Source: Macrostomum lignano (lineage: Eukaryota). Taken from it: a stretch of 64,000 nucleotides of DNA. Shown here piece by piece: positions 27,443-41,030 of the stretch (position 1 is its first letter; each line of letters opens with the position of its first letter). The notes beneath the pieces were generated by a model that was not told the origin of the DNA, did no database searches, and saw only the letters and a program-made list of their open reading frames with translations. Both the position numbers and the translations under genes were made by a program. The stretch covers positions 124,001 to 188,000 of the forward strand of contig NIVC01001945.1 in assembly GCA_002269645.1 (NCBI GenBank), written 5' to 3'.

Positions 27443-29282
27443 TTACAGTTCTTCCTTGACGGCTGGCTCCTGAAATGATTTTCATTGCATAATTTGTACC
27501 ATGCAGTGTACATGTACCTATTTCATAATGGTTCAAATGAAAAAACTTTATTTATCTGTACCTTCTTTTTCTGAATCTTTCCGCCAGAGTCTAAAAACTT
27601 CTTGAACCCTTCCAGATTGCGTTCGCCTTCATATTCGATAATCTCGTCGGAACCAGCCGGAAACAGCATGATGGTGGGATAAGAATGCACATTGACGCCT
27701 TCAACCTCGTTTGCGGTGGAGTCCATCTTGGCGATGACAATATTGGCCTGTTTCTGGTATTCGGCACCCAGCTTGTCCCACACAGGTTCCAGCTTCTTGC
27801 AGTGGCCGCACCAGGGGGCGTAGAACTCTACTAGAACGGTCTTAGTTTTGTCGCGCGCAACCTGATTGAAATTCTTACCAACCAGAACCTTTACAGCCTT
27901 CTTGTCCCAATCTTCGGGCACCTCCTGCGACATGAAGTGCGGCTTTATGGTGCCATCGAGTACGCCCTGTACGAGTGCGTTTATATTGGCCTCAGTGATG
28001 TCGGTAAAGTTCGGCTTATACTTTAGCATGTCGTCCTTTAGATCGATAAGCCGAATTACTGGGCAGTCTTCCTTTTTTAGGCCGAAGAACTCAAGGACTC
28101 GCTCATTCTCATCGTAGCTGCTGTCGACAAAAACGTAGATTGCCTTACCTTTGAATTTTTTGGCAGATGTCTTCATTTCTTTAATTAATGCGTTAAAATC
28201 CGCTTCATTAGTCTTGTTAACGAATAGTAAAACAAAATTCTTTACGTCGCTGTTGAAAATCTCGCCTGCTGTTTCGTGGGTGAACTCGCTGATCAATGGC
28301 AGTCTATTGTTCCTGACGAATCGGTCGATCTCGTCTACGGTAAACGGCCCACGATGAACCACCTTAGCGTCATCAGGTTTTTTAAACAGAATGATTGAAT
28401 CAGACTCAAATTTGAAGTTTGCAAGGATGGCGGCATCACTTGCTTTTCCGCAAGGTATGGCGTCAACATCTATTCTTGAAACAGCGGCAGTTTCGTATGC
28501 TATAGCAGCATCAGATGAGGCATCTTTAAAAAAACCTATGATCGACATGTTTGCAGAGTCTATGAACTTCTGAGCATCACTGATAGAATCCAGCTGGGTT
28601 ACTGGTGGTCCCAGCTTTTTCTCAAGCCATGCAAGCATCTCGCCAGCAGTTCTTCCGCCATTATAGTCAATAGTAATATTTTCTTTGAAAAACTTTATAG
28701 TTGGATATCCTTGAACGCCATGCTTTACCACAAGGATAGGCTCCGTTGTCCCATCAACTTTAGCCAGCTTAATCGCAGAGTTTTTCTTTGCCAGTTCTTT
28801 TGCAACCTTGACGTATTCAGGTGCTAAAGCATTACAATGGCCACACCATGGAGCATCTGTAAAATGGTCAGGTGTAAAATAAAAAGCATAACTTTAAATA
28901 AAATATTTGTTGTAACTGCTTGTCACTGTAGATTCTCATCCATAGAGCCCTTAATTAAAAAACCCACGCATGATGTTTTTATTATACCAGTGAAATAACT
29001 TGTTAATGGTAAAATTATAGAGATATACATGTACATGTAACATGTAATTAATTATGATCAATTTAGTAAATTGGAGCAAACGCATGCAAATACGCACTTA
29101 TAAAATTACGGAATTCACTCACAAAATTCCACTAAGAGATACTTATTCGTGCCGATGGCAGCATCAAAATTCTTTTCGTTAAGAACAAGTACTCCATCCT
29201 CTTCCTTGATGGCATCTTCGGATTTGCTTACTAAAGCGACACTAACAAATATTGTGAAGCAAAAAATAATTTTTAGAATCAT
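27443..29282 (-). CDS. P4HB: Protein disulfide-isomerase (PDIA1/P4HB-type), 493 aa; exons 29282-29123, 28856-27562, 27469-27443
   Basis: Signal peptide MILKIIFCFTIFVSVALVS, two YAPWCGHC active sites, a-b-b'-a' layout. GT-AG introns keep the frame. The final 27-nt exon encodes EPAVKEEL* (ER-retention signal). Confidence 0.95.
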
Positions 29283-30099
29283 TCTCAGATTTATAGTAAT
29301 GGCTAAACGTCCTAACTTTTAGGTACTTAGCAGTATTATCGCTAATCGTAAAAGCAATAGTATTTTGTTCACTGGTTCACCAAAACTAATTAAATCAGTA
29401 AATTAATTAAATTGCAAAATTTATAATAAAATTTTATATTCTCGCCTCTAGCTAACTTCGCAGAGGTAAAAATTATTATAACTCCTATATTAGTAAATTT
29501 TAAGTCCTATCAAGGGTAATATTCATCTTTTAATAATCTAAATAAGGCGCGTCTTCTGTTTAAAGATTTATTTTTTGTTATTCTGTTCCCAAGGTACGAA
29601 ATGATTATTTTCCTCGAAAACAGTTGTCAGACCAAGGCAAAAAAAGTCATCACAAAGCTAAAACAAAGCAATAAGAAATAAAAAACAAACCTGGTCCTCC
29701 TTATGCTTGTTGCCTGTTCTTTTCTGTTCCCAGAAAAGTCCATTCCCAGAATATGTCCATTCCCATCTATAGCCTCTTGCAATTTGTGCATAGAATGCAT
29801 TGGCTGCATATATCTGCCAAACTGTACTTAATAACTATCTTAACTTACTGTCACTCTGATGCAGGTGAATTAAAGGCAGCGCATGCAGCCAGTAGGCTCT
29901 CCAGAGTCCTCCTTCTTGCCAGCCGGCCTTCCCCATCCTCCCCTGTAGCTGTACATGCCAAGAATAACCACCAGCCCCGCTCCTGCCCTTGCTTTCATTT
30001 CTTGCTTATGCTGTTGCCAAAATGGCTAGGCCTATTGCCAATTTAATTTGTTGCCAAAATGGTTGTCGCCAAAATGGTTTGTCACTGAAGTGGACTGTA

Positions 30100-31948
30100 T
30101 GTAGAGTGCCTGAAAAATAAATGAGGCTTGAAAGCGGCGGTTCAATTATTTATTATCGATAATCGAGATTACCGGAAAAACACTTGCTTATTAGCTGGGT
30201 TTGCCTGGTGTATATTTATAGCAAAATTAACGGTGTTCTGGAAATTTCTTTAGAATTATAACAAAGATACAACGTTATAATGTAAACTGTAGCTAATACG
30301 GATAAATGCGTTGAATAAGAATATGGCTAATAATTAAACTATAAGATATGTAAAGGTTCCGCGTAGAAATATTTTGTTATGGAAATTCGAAGAAAAATGC
30401 AGAAATTTCTTTTACTTAATTTGGAAATTTTACTCGTATAGAATGCGCGAAGGGGAAAGGAAACTTCTAGAAACTAGGTACATTGGAATAACATCGCTAC
30501 AACAGTTCCCCCGCCGGAGACGGAGTCACCTGGAGAAGTACAGGAAAAAGTGATATAAATTAGATGATGAATTGGGGGGCGTGGACATGTACGTTTGTAC
30601 ATGCAGATTTCAAACTGTTACAGCATAGGGGCGATGATGTACATATTCAATAATAAGTGAAACGTTATTTCTGGTGAAGTCAAGCTGCTTGATTAATTAG
30701 TCATTTCGCAAATCAGACCTTACTGCGATGCCCCCGGTTGGCCGAATAGCAATGTACATAGACGGAATGTGCCAGGATGCAGACAGACGACACCCGGAAC
30801 AAGATCGGTGCACCGTGAGTCGAGGCGGGCTGTCGCTCTGCTTCGGTAGGCATCTCGTAGCAGGTGAACACGCAACGCGCTTCTGGTAGGAGAACTTGGG
30901 ATGCTTGTGGCACGCTCAGCCACGCTCCAGGACGACGGATCGTCAGGCAGGACGACCTTTCGAATTGCAGGCAGACTCCCGAGACTAATATGAGGACGAC
31001 GGCGGGCAGTCGCTGAATATTGCTGGGCATGGCTGATGGAGCGCACAAGGCGAACCGATTGACAGGCTGGGTTGCCCCTCGGGATGTCGATCACCTCGTG
31101 GAAGGTGTCATATAAAGACGATCGCCGAAGGTTTCAGCCGCGCGTTCCTTGGTCAATAGCAGCTTGGTTGACTGATGATATTTCGGCTTATTTTGGCGTA
31201 GAATTTGGTGGGGCTCACGGAAGACTCTATCGAACGGCCTGGTAATAACCCGTGTAGGCATTTTCTGGCGGTCGTCGATTGAGATCCGTGCCAACTTCGG
31301 TACAGCGTTTGCAGAATTAGGTTTCGTATATGATGACTTCGGCAGAGACAGTAGTTGGACGACGGCCGCGTGCAGACGACGATGATGAAGCATGGCGTTG
31401 ATGGCGATGTCGATGATGGCGTTATGCTACTTACAGGCAGTATTTACAGCGGTATTTACACACACGTACGCGCTTCATCCATGCTTCGCCAGCGTAGCCC
31501 CCTTACTGGGGACTCAGATGAATGTTGGACGCCTCGCCGGACCAGTTGTAGAGTGCCTGAAAAATAAATGAGGCTTGAAAGCGGCGGTTCAATTATTTAT
31601 TATCGATAATCGAGATTACCGGAAAAACACTTGCTTATTAGCTGGGTTTGCCTGGTGTATATTTATAGCAAAATTAACGGTGTTCTGGAAATTTCTTTAG
31701 AATTATAACAAAGATACAACGTTATAATGTAAACTGTAGCTAATACGGATAAATGCGTTGAATAAGAATATGGCTAATAATTAAACTATAAGATATGTAA
31801 AGGTTCCGCGTAGAAATATTTTGTTATGGAAATTCGAAGAAAAATGCAGAAATTTCTTTTACTTAATTTGGAAATTTTACTCGTATAGAATGCGCGAAGG
31901 GGAAAGGAAACTTCTAGAAACTAGGTACATTGGAATAACATCGCTACA
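30100..31948 (-). mobile_element. Non-autonomous LTR element (TRIM/LARD-like), 1.85 kb
   Basis: Identical 402-bp LTRs TGTAG...CTACA (30100-30501, 31547-31948) and a 4-bp TSD TGTA. PBS-like TGGTCCGGCGAG inside the right LTR and G-rich PPT inside the left LTR. The 1045-bp interior has no recognisable retroelement domain. Confidence 0.9.
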
Positions 31949-32539
31949 TGTATACTATTATGTCACCTCTCTTGTTATATTTTGGTTTCCCTTTTGTTTA
32001 TATTATAGAATAGGGGTTGGCAACCTTTTCCCACTTAAGGACCAAATAAGGTTTTGGCCCTGATGAGGACCAAGCATTTTTTGCCACAATATAGAGCTAT
32101 CCCCTTTACCCCCTTTGTGGTCTTTACCTCTAGAATCTAATTTCTGATTGTATCACTAACAGGCTAGAATATTTGATATTGAAGAACTAAAACTAAAAAA
32201 TAAGTTTATTATAATTTGATGCATTATTAGAAAATCCAATTCTACTATATAGTCAGCCCTATCAATGTATATTTGTATCTCTGTTGTTGGCCTAGCTAGC
32301 TTTACCACCCCACCTTCACTACTAGTTAATGAAAACAAAGTCTTTTCGCCCCAGTGAGCTTTGGGGTTGGAATTTTATAATACCTAGTGTTGTATCGATT
32401 ATTTAAAGACTTTCAAGGCATTATTAACGCTGATGCTCCTAATATTTTGCGTCGTGTCATACATAAAGTTAGCCTAATAGATAAAGTAGGGCGAGAGTTG
32501 TAAAATGTCTCTAACGTCAAATGATTTATAGGAAGGGAA

Positions 32540-33319
32540 TTAGGGATGTCGATTCCCCAGGGAATTATCTTATCGGGGACCCCGGTGAAAAGAAAAAATA
32601 AGTAAAAATGGCGGATCACTTAGATTGTAAGTGGAATTTTTTAAACTTTGATTTAAGCTTTGTACTACATGTTCAAGGCGCAGGGGTAAAAATTTTAAAC
32701 AATGTTTTTTTAAACTGTATTTGACAATGTGGCATCACGAAATCGTGCGCGCACCTTTATCGGAAAAGTGCATTTGTTGGAATGCATGCTAAACAGCTAC
32801 GCTCGTGAGAGGATAATTAATGAATGAGACTGTTTTTATAATCGGAATTTTATTTCTTGCATATATATGTAAATCACCATTTTGTCCTTGTCTAATAGGG
32901 AGTATATGTATGACACCCCCCTATGCGTCAGTGCCTGACGCATGACGCAGCGCTGCGCCTGCATCAAGCCGTCAACGCAGACCAACACAGCAGTCACTAT
33001 TCAGTAAGGCTTCTTTTTCCTGACGGGTTTCTTTTCTACGTGCAATTTGCTTGATTGAATGACTTATTAGTGAAAAAACAATCAAACGTGTGTTGTGTTT
33101 CAAATACATGTAATGCATTGAAATAAGCAATTATGCAGTAAAAGAGCATAGACAGAGTTTCAATCAGCTTTCTGTGAATCAGTTTCTTATTTTAATGGCA
33201 AAAATTAAGTTACAAATGCATTTTTTCATATTTTTTCTCCCCAGGGTCCCCGGTTAAATTCCCCGGAGAGTATTCCCCGACAAGCTCCCCGGGGAGCACT
33301 CCCGGGGTCAACATCCCTA
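32540..33319. mobile_element. hAT-like MITE (about 780 bp)
   Basis: TIRs TAGGGATGTCGA and TCAACATCCCTA. 8-bp TSD GAAGGGAA at 32532-32539 and 33320-33327. Confidence 0.7.
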
Positions 33320-35581
33320 GAAGGGAAACTACGAGCATAAGTTCTGCAACACATATACAAGTAGCTAAGCATTAATAGACGCACTGCACCGATAAAATGT
33401 AATGGAATTGCTCGAATCACCGACACCAAGACCCATAAAACTGGAGAAACTGGCAGGATATAGTAGATACATGTAGGTCAGAATCAGAAGTGATCATGGG
33501 TGGGTGGGTCAAGTGATCATGGGTTCGACCTCGATTGTATTATTCCTTCTTAATCTTATGCAATTAATTGTAAATTAGGTATGAAGTAACAGTAATTATC
33601 CTTGACCATGCTAGAGTAAAGACAAGTCAAAGTCAAGTTAATAAAAATAGACACACAGTGTAACAATAACAATGGTTTTTAGAGCCATTTTTCTTGTCTG
33701 TGTTTGTCTTTGTACATACATGTACATTTGGGAAGACTTATCTGGACCCAATCCCTTCTTATTCTACATGTACGCTGTTTTGGGTATGGGGGTTAGAGTT
33801 GGGCCGTCTGACACCCCCTCCCCCCCCCCTACCATAGTGGACTGGAGAGAAAGAAGCACATGCTATCGCTATTGGCTAGCCTGTCGTTCTCTTTCTCTTT
33901 ACCTTCTGTCTTGTGTAGCGTACACTATCCAATGCACAAGGCCCAACTTTCCACTAAAGGAAGGTTCATATAGTCCGCCCATGGGCTTCCTCTTGCTTTC
34001 GCGTACACTCAAGGCCACTCACTCTCAACACCAGCCACTAGAGGCTTGTTTTAAATAATCGATCGATAATATTAAATGTACACTTGAAAGCTTGCTTTGG
34101 ATCCTAGCAGAAGGGGGAGAAAGTGGCCAAGGCCACCACACCCCACAAGGCAGGCAGGCCGGCCCGAGTGCGATAACGAATGACAAAAAAATAGAAAAGT
34201 ACAATTTACACATCAACTTTCAATACAATAAATACAATAATAGGTACGGTATTAATGACAGTGTATTTTCGCACAAAGTAGCTACGTTCAAACCACCAGC
34301 ACGTAAACAGCTAAAATTTCACTGTTTATGAAATTTTATAAAATTTAACACATCATTTTAGATATTGAAAACTTTTAAAGGAGGGTATTACTGTTGCATG
34401 TGACTATAAAATCGTGGTAGGTATAGCTGATGATGAAACTGGTGATTGGTATCTAGCTTTTTTGATAACTTAGCCGGTTAGACCCCGAAATAGCTATTGT
34501 AATTTGTAACGCTGGAGCCAAATACAAATACAATGGAGCAATTAGTTTCTCTCAAATCTGTCTCTGCCAGTGCCAGTTTAGTCCATAGTAAGTAACCAAA
34601 GTAAAATACCCATTAGTGGTCCCGTTTCTAATGTTTATAAATATTAAGCTTCAGTTTACTTTTGGCACAGTATGCAATTTTGAAAATTCACCCTAATAAC
34701 GGTTTGCACCAGCAGGAAAGCAACTATTTTGTTGTTGGAAATCGGATTAAGCAGTCAAAAGAGTGTATTTCTATGAAAAAAGGTACTTTTTTTCCATTTT
34801 TTCAAATATTTAAACAGGTTTCGCTCTTTCAATAAAAAAATCATCGCAGTACCTTAAAGTACAGTTAGTTTGGAATTAGATGACGGCGTTGAATTGTTTC
34901 TTCCATATTCCAAAAATTATAATGAGCACTTTTCCTCAAATCAGTTTGAGATCATGATTTTTAGTCTTTCGTCGATAACTTTCTGATTTCAAATGTTTAA
35001 GAATTGAAAACTTCCACACTTGTGTATCTTTGAATTGCGCATCAATTGGTGCATAGTATGTATGCTTAACTATTAGCAGTATAGAAAAAAATGCAAAAAA
35101 ACTGTAAAAGTACATTTTCAATTTTTGCATTTTTTGCAACCAAAGTGCCAACTTTTTGATACAATTGAAAAAAACAACCCAATAATGTTATGCATCTTAG
35201 TAAGGCGCACCTATAACCCTCGAACATTTTTAGCTCGAGTTTTAATGTGCATGAGGAAATGCACTTTTGTAAAGACATAATCTTAAGACAAACATTTCAA
35301 CTGAAGCCTGTTCCTTTTCTCCGCAGTGAATCCATACAAAACTATACTCGTTAAATAGATCAGATTCTTCTCTTTAAAATGACACCTCACTTGTGAAATT
35401 CGCACTTGTAGTTTTGAAGTTACAGCAGTTTTTGTGAGATTTTTCTTGTCATTTTTTCGATGCACACGTCTCATATTATTATATTCGTCACAAGCCAGAC
35501 CACCCAATGCGCTTCGCGCATTGGCTGGCTGTTTGTTCCTCATGCTCGGCACTTTGTGCCTCGCGCGTTCGCTCCGCTCAC

Positions 35582-35630
35582 CCCACAAACCCAAGGACAC
35601 GCGCTTCGCGCGTGTCCTTGGGTTTGTGGG
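35582..35630. repeat. Perfect 23-bp inverted repeat with a 3-nt loop
   Basis: CCCACAAACCCAAGGACACGCGC-TTC-GCGCGTGTCCTTGGGTTTGTGGG. Confidence 0.95.
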
Positions 35631-36252
35631 TTTCGCGGAGCTCACTGGGAACTAGTTCCCCTATTTCTATTCTATTCAAAGTTTGAACTGATATGCTATT
35701 TGTCTAGACTTTGTAAGAATCCACTAATATATTCAGTTTATATCTCATTACTCATTTATCATTAAAATTGATAATTGAGGGAAGGAATTCCCCATTTTCA
35801 GAAGACAAAAATATTGTAGGCCAAATAATGAAGTTAGGCCTATTGTAAAGGTGCAAGCTAGATTATAATAATAAAGACATTAAGTTTGTGGGCCATATAG
35901 AAAGTATTTGCAAGCCAGATCTAGCCCACAGACTAAAGTTGTTAATTCCTATTATAGAACCTCTCTTATCTATATTTTGTTGCCCTTCTCATCTATATTA
36001 TAGTCCCTCTTATCTATATTTTTGAGTCTCTCTTATCCATATTATAGTGGCCCCTTTTGTCTATATTATGGTGCCCTTCCTATCTATATTATGTTATCCC
36101 TTTTGTATACATCATGGCACCCCTACTCTTATAGCTAAAATCTACCTCCTTATTTTTATTATTCCTAATCCATTTCTATATTGTACATAGTATGTAATAT
36201 ATAAATTAATATTGCTTTGCATAGTCATCAATTGTCCCTGGTATATATTAGA

Positions 36253-36855
36253 CAAGCTGTTGAAACCCGCGGATTTTGAACCCGGGGAATTCCAATCCCC
36301 GGAACTACTTTTGCATGTATTCTGAAATCTAAGGCCATCTAACACAAACAAATTAATGTTAGTAGGATAGAGGTAGACATAAAATGGAGCACATTCGTGT
36401 AAAATTAGGGTTTGAGGCAAACGTTGATATTGTTTGCTGGGGTACTCCACAGAATGCCAGGCAATGTCTGTCTGACTCTAAAACATGTATTGGCAAACTC
36501 TGGCCTCTCCCTGACTCTCCCTATGTCCCTTGGATCCTTTAAAATTTCTATCGTCTCTCTGTTTCCTTTCTTCTCTCTCATCCCTCGTCTCTCGTCTCTC
36601 CTCTCTCTTCTCTCCTCTCTTCTCTCGTATCTTCCCTCATCTCTCTTATCTCATCTCTTCCCTATTCTTTTCTCTCTCCTCTCCTCTCTCCTTTCTACTT
36701 TTCGTTTTCTCTCTGCTCTCCTCTCTCCTCTCTACTCTCTCGTTTTCTCTCTCCTCTCCTCTCTCCTCTCTCCCATCTTTTTCGTATATTCCCTCATCTT
36801 TCTTCTCTTTCATATCTCTTATCTCATCTCTTCCCTCTTCTTTTCTCTCTCCTCT

Positions 36856-36950
<95 letters not shown>

Positions 36951-38776
36951 CTCTCTCCTCTCCCATCTCTCTTCTCCTCTCTACTCTCTCCCCTCTTCAT
37001 TCTCCTACTTCCTCTTCTCTCTCCCTGTCTCTCCTCTCTCCTCTAGTCTCTGTAATCTCTTCTCTCTTATCTCTTCTCTGTTCTCTCTACTCTCCCATCT
37101 CTCGTCTGTTCATCTGCTCTCTCATCTGTCATCTTTACTCTCTTATACGTTCTCTCACTTATCTCCTCTGTACTCTTCTCTTTCACCTCTTCTGACTCCT
37201 CTCTTTCCTTACTCCTTTATTCTTTTCTCTTCCCTCTTCTATACTCTCTCTCCTCTATTATCTTCTCTCGTCTCTCTGCACTCTCCTCTCACCTTTTTCA
37301 TCTCTCATCTTTACTCTCTCATCTCTCCTTTCATCTGTCTCATCTCTACAATCTCATCTCTTTCCTCTCTCCTCCTCTTCCCTTTACTCTCTCATCTCTC
37401 CTTTCTCCCCTCTTCTTTCACCACTCTCTTATCTCTATCTCTTCTCTTCTCACTCCTCTCTCCCCCTCTTATCCCCTCTCTTCTCTATCCTTTCTACTCT
37501 CTCCTCTCTAATCTCTCCTCTCCTCTTGACCCTCTGTCATCTTCTTTCTGCTCTCTCATCTCTACTCTCTTCTCAATCTTCTCTACTCTCCTCTCTCATC
37601 GATCCTCTGTCTCATCTCTCCCCTCTTCTCACCTTTACTCTTTCCTCTCCTTCCTTTCTCCCCTCCTCTCGCTTCTTCCTCCCTTCTTCTCTGCTCTCTC
37701 CTCACCACTTTTCCCTTTCACTCTCATCTGGCCCGCAGCCATGAGCTGGATTCTTTATCTGGCCTTTGAGATAAAAATCTGCCAATCCCTGCTTCGAAAG
37801 TACTATCATGGGACGTAGTACTATCATGGTTGTTATCATTTCTCATGCTTTAATCACGTCATCTTTCTGGCCAATTAGCAGCCCTGAGAGGAATTTGTGT
37901 ATCTCCATTCTCCAGCTCCACCACCACAGTCTGCAGCAGTCTAACAACCAAGGAAATGCGTATTTCTTAGGAGGCCATTTAAATTTTAAAGTTACCTTAT
38001 GCGAATCTTAATGTTAAAATTTTCATGGTGTAACTAATTTAGTAGGATTGCATTGTAATCAGTTATTCATTAATTTTTCGCTATTTTTATAAACCATCCC
38101 ACATCGCCTTGATTTGCCATCCTTGTTTAACTGCTGCAGACTTGTCTATTCAGAGGACAGTGGTTTGAAATTGAATCTCTCGCTAAACTCTCTCCTCTCC
38201 ACGCCTCTCCACTCGCGGGGTACAGAGAAGGCTATTAAAAAGTTATTCCAAAACACTGTACATTCGCTATGTACATTGAGCCCTATCGCCTGACCCTTCG
38301 TCTGGGGAATGAGTTGGATGAGCGGCAAACAACAGAAAAAGCAGACAAACTTCACATGCTTACAGTTTCTGTCCTGATTGAGATACAGAGTTGAGCCTTT
38401 ACATGTAGGCAGAGAATGAATCAATAAAGAATTGTGTCAAATTTGAAGTCAATCGCTTCACGTGGAGCAAAACTATGGCAGCCGAAAGTTAGGCATTTTA
38501 AAACCTATTCACACCCTTTGCCCAGATCGGGAAAGAGAGGCAGGCGGGCGGAGGTTGGGGTGGTTGCTACGCTGATAAAAAAACAGCCTAACTTTAAAAG
38601 TGCACAGCACCGCTCAGGATTAACTTTGAGACTCGAAATTTTACATGATTGTGCCAAAATAGTTGAAGATTATCTGTGTCAAATTTAAAGAGAATCGGTA
38701 GAAGTGGAGCGGCGCTATGGAGGATTTAATAAAAAAATCGCGCATTTTGAGCAGTTTTTTGTACTTTTAGGTAGGA
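36253..38776 (-). mobile_element. Non-autonomous Helitron, family A body (copy 1, head module missing here)
   Basis: Minus strand starts TCCTACCTAAAAG and ends CCGCGGGTTTCAACAGCTTG followed by host T. Homologous to 55282-58883 and 59064-61419. Contains a CT-rich tract (about 36530-37740). Confidence 0.75.
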
Positions 38777-39120
38777 CTAGCGCCCCCTTCGGGGTGGCCA
38801 ATAAGCAAGGGACGAATCCTTTAAAATGAAAAAAAATTCTTAGGGAGGGGGGCTAGAAATCGAATTCTCATTTTAATTCCAGGCTTATGTACCAATAAAA
38901 CATGCTTGTGCAGAATTTTATAACAGACATTGAAATTCAACAATACTTGCCTTCTTTCAGAGCTACTTCTACCAGTATGCTTCAGTACGCTACCAGTACC
39001 CTTGTAAGCCTTGACATGTCAGCAATCCCCCCCCACAAGCCTTAACATATCAACTCCCCCCTTGACGTCTCAGCGATGCTCCCATAAGCCTTGAAATCTT
39101 AAAAAATCTGTCTACTTTCT

Positions 39121-39150
39121 AACCCTAACCCTAACCCTAACCCTAACCCT
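39121..39150 (-). repeat. Interstitial telomere-type repeat (TTAGGG)5
   Basis: AACCCT x5 on the plus strand. Confidence 0.85.
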
Positions 39151-40099
39151 AAAGCATTGAAATTTCAGTAATTCTCTCTAAGAGTCATTATAGCACTACT
39201 ACAGCATTATAGCGATTCCCTGCAAGCCTCGACATCGTAGGGATTCCCAAATGAATCTCTTAACTTCGACATGAAGCTTCTTTTATTTTTTACATTACGC
39301 CTTTTCTATCAGCGATCCCTCCCGTGAGGAGCCAACAAATAATGTAATAACTTTTTTCCAATAAACTACATGTAGCTTCTGACATTAGCCTTGACATCTC
39401 ATTTATTCCCCCGTGAGCCTTGACATCTCAGCTATAGATAGATAGATAGATAGATTCCCCTCGTAAGCCTTGACATGTCAGCGATGCCCCCCATAAACCT
39501 TGATATCTGAAAAATCCCCTGTTAACCTTGAAACCCGCTAAAATCTAACCCTCAACCCAAACCTGACGTAAACCTAACTTTCACCCAACCTAAAGCCTTG
39601 AAATCACAGCAATTCTTCTTCCCTAAGCCTTGGCATTTAAATGATTCCTTCTTTAAGAATCACAGCACTATAACGATTCCCTCCAAGCTTTGACATCGTA
39701 GCAATTCCCAAATGAATCTTTTAACTTTGACATGACTTTTATTTTATGTATACATAGTGCTTCTTTTCTTTTTTACATGACTCTTCTTCTATCAGCGCCC
39801 CCCCCGTGGCGAGCCAACAAAGAATGCAATAAAAAAACTTAAGTAAAGTACATGAACTTGAAGTAGCTTCTGACTTTTGCTTTAACATCTCAGAAACCCC
39901 CCTGTAATCTCAGTTATTCTCTGTGAGCCTTGACGTCTCAGTAATTCTCCCCAACACAGCACTATAGCTTCATTTAATTTTTACATGACACTTGTTTCAT
40001 GTCTGACATGACGCTTCTTTTGATTTTTACATGACGATTCTTTTATTCTTCCATGATGCTTCTTAATTTTTTAAATGACACTTTCATTAGTTTTTATAT

Positions 40100-41030
40100 G
40101 AGGCTTCTATTATTTTTTCATGACGCTTCTATGTTAACATGACTCTTCTATGCTTGTTTACATGACGCTTTTATGATTGTTTACATGACGCTTCTATGAT
40201 TGTTTACATGACGCTTGTATGATTGTTTACATGACGCTTCTATGATTTTTTACATGACGCTTCTATGATTTTTACATGACGCTTCTATGATTTTTACATG
40301 ACACTTCTATGATTTTTTCATGACGCTTCTATGATTTTTACATGACGCTTCTATGATTGTTTACATGACGCTTCTATGATTTTTTATGACGCTTGTATGA
40401 CTGTTTACATGACGCTTCTATGATTTTTTATGACGCTTTTATGATTGTTTACATGACGCTTCTATGATTGTTTACATGACGCTTCTATGATTGTTTACAT
40501 GACGCTTCTATGATTTTTATGACGCTTTTATGATTGTTTACATGACGCTTGTATGATTGTTTACATGACGCTTCTATGATTGTTTACATGACGCTTGTAT
40601 GATTGTTTACATGACGCTTCTATGATTTTTTATGACGCTTTTATGATTTTAACATGACGCTTCTATGATTTTTTACATGACGCTTCTATGATTGTTTACA
40701 TGACGCTTGTATGATTGTTTACATGACGCTTGTATGATTTTAACATGACGCTTCTATGATTGTTTACATTACGCTTCTATGATTGCTTGCATGACGCTTC
40801 TATGATTTTTTATGACGCTTTTATGATTTTAACATGACGCTTCTATGATTTTTTTACATGACGCTTCTATGATTGTTTACATGACACTTGTATGATTGTT
40901 TACATGACGCTTTTATGATTTTAACATGACGCTTCTATGATTGTTTACATTACGCTTCTATGATTGCTTGCATGACGCTTCTATGATTTTTTACATAACG
41001 ATTCTATGATTTTTTACATTACGCTTCCAT
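40100..41030. repeat. Minisatellite of about 22-23 bp (ATGACGCTTCTATGATTGTTTAC)
   Basis: About 40 tandem variant copies visible. Confidence 0.95.

Noticed and set aside
27523-28731. ORF-track PDI ending in FEPL and starting at an internal Met
   Set aside because: The spliced model restores the signal peptide, the first WCGHC and KEEL, so the raw ORF is only part of exon 2 plus intron read-through.
30713-31567. 100-124 aa ORFs inside the first TRIM-like element
   Set aside because: No gag, env or other motif was recognised; the lengths are compatible with chance in GC-richer DNA.
36412-37818. 468-aa and similar Leu/Ser-rich ORFs (also 55568-56896 and 59428-60476)
   Set aside because: CT-rich low-complexity DNA lacks stop codons by composition.
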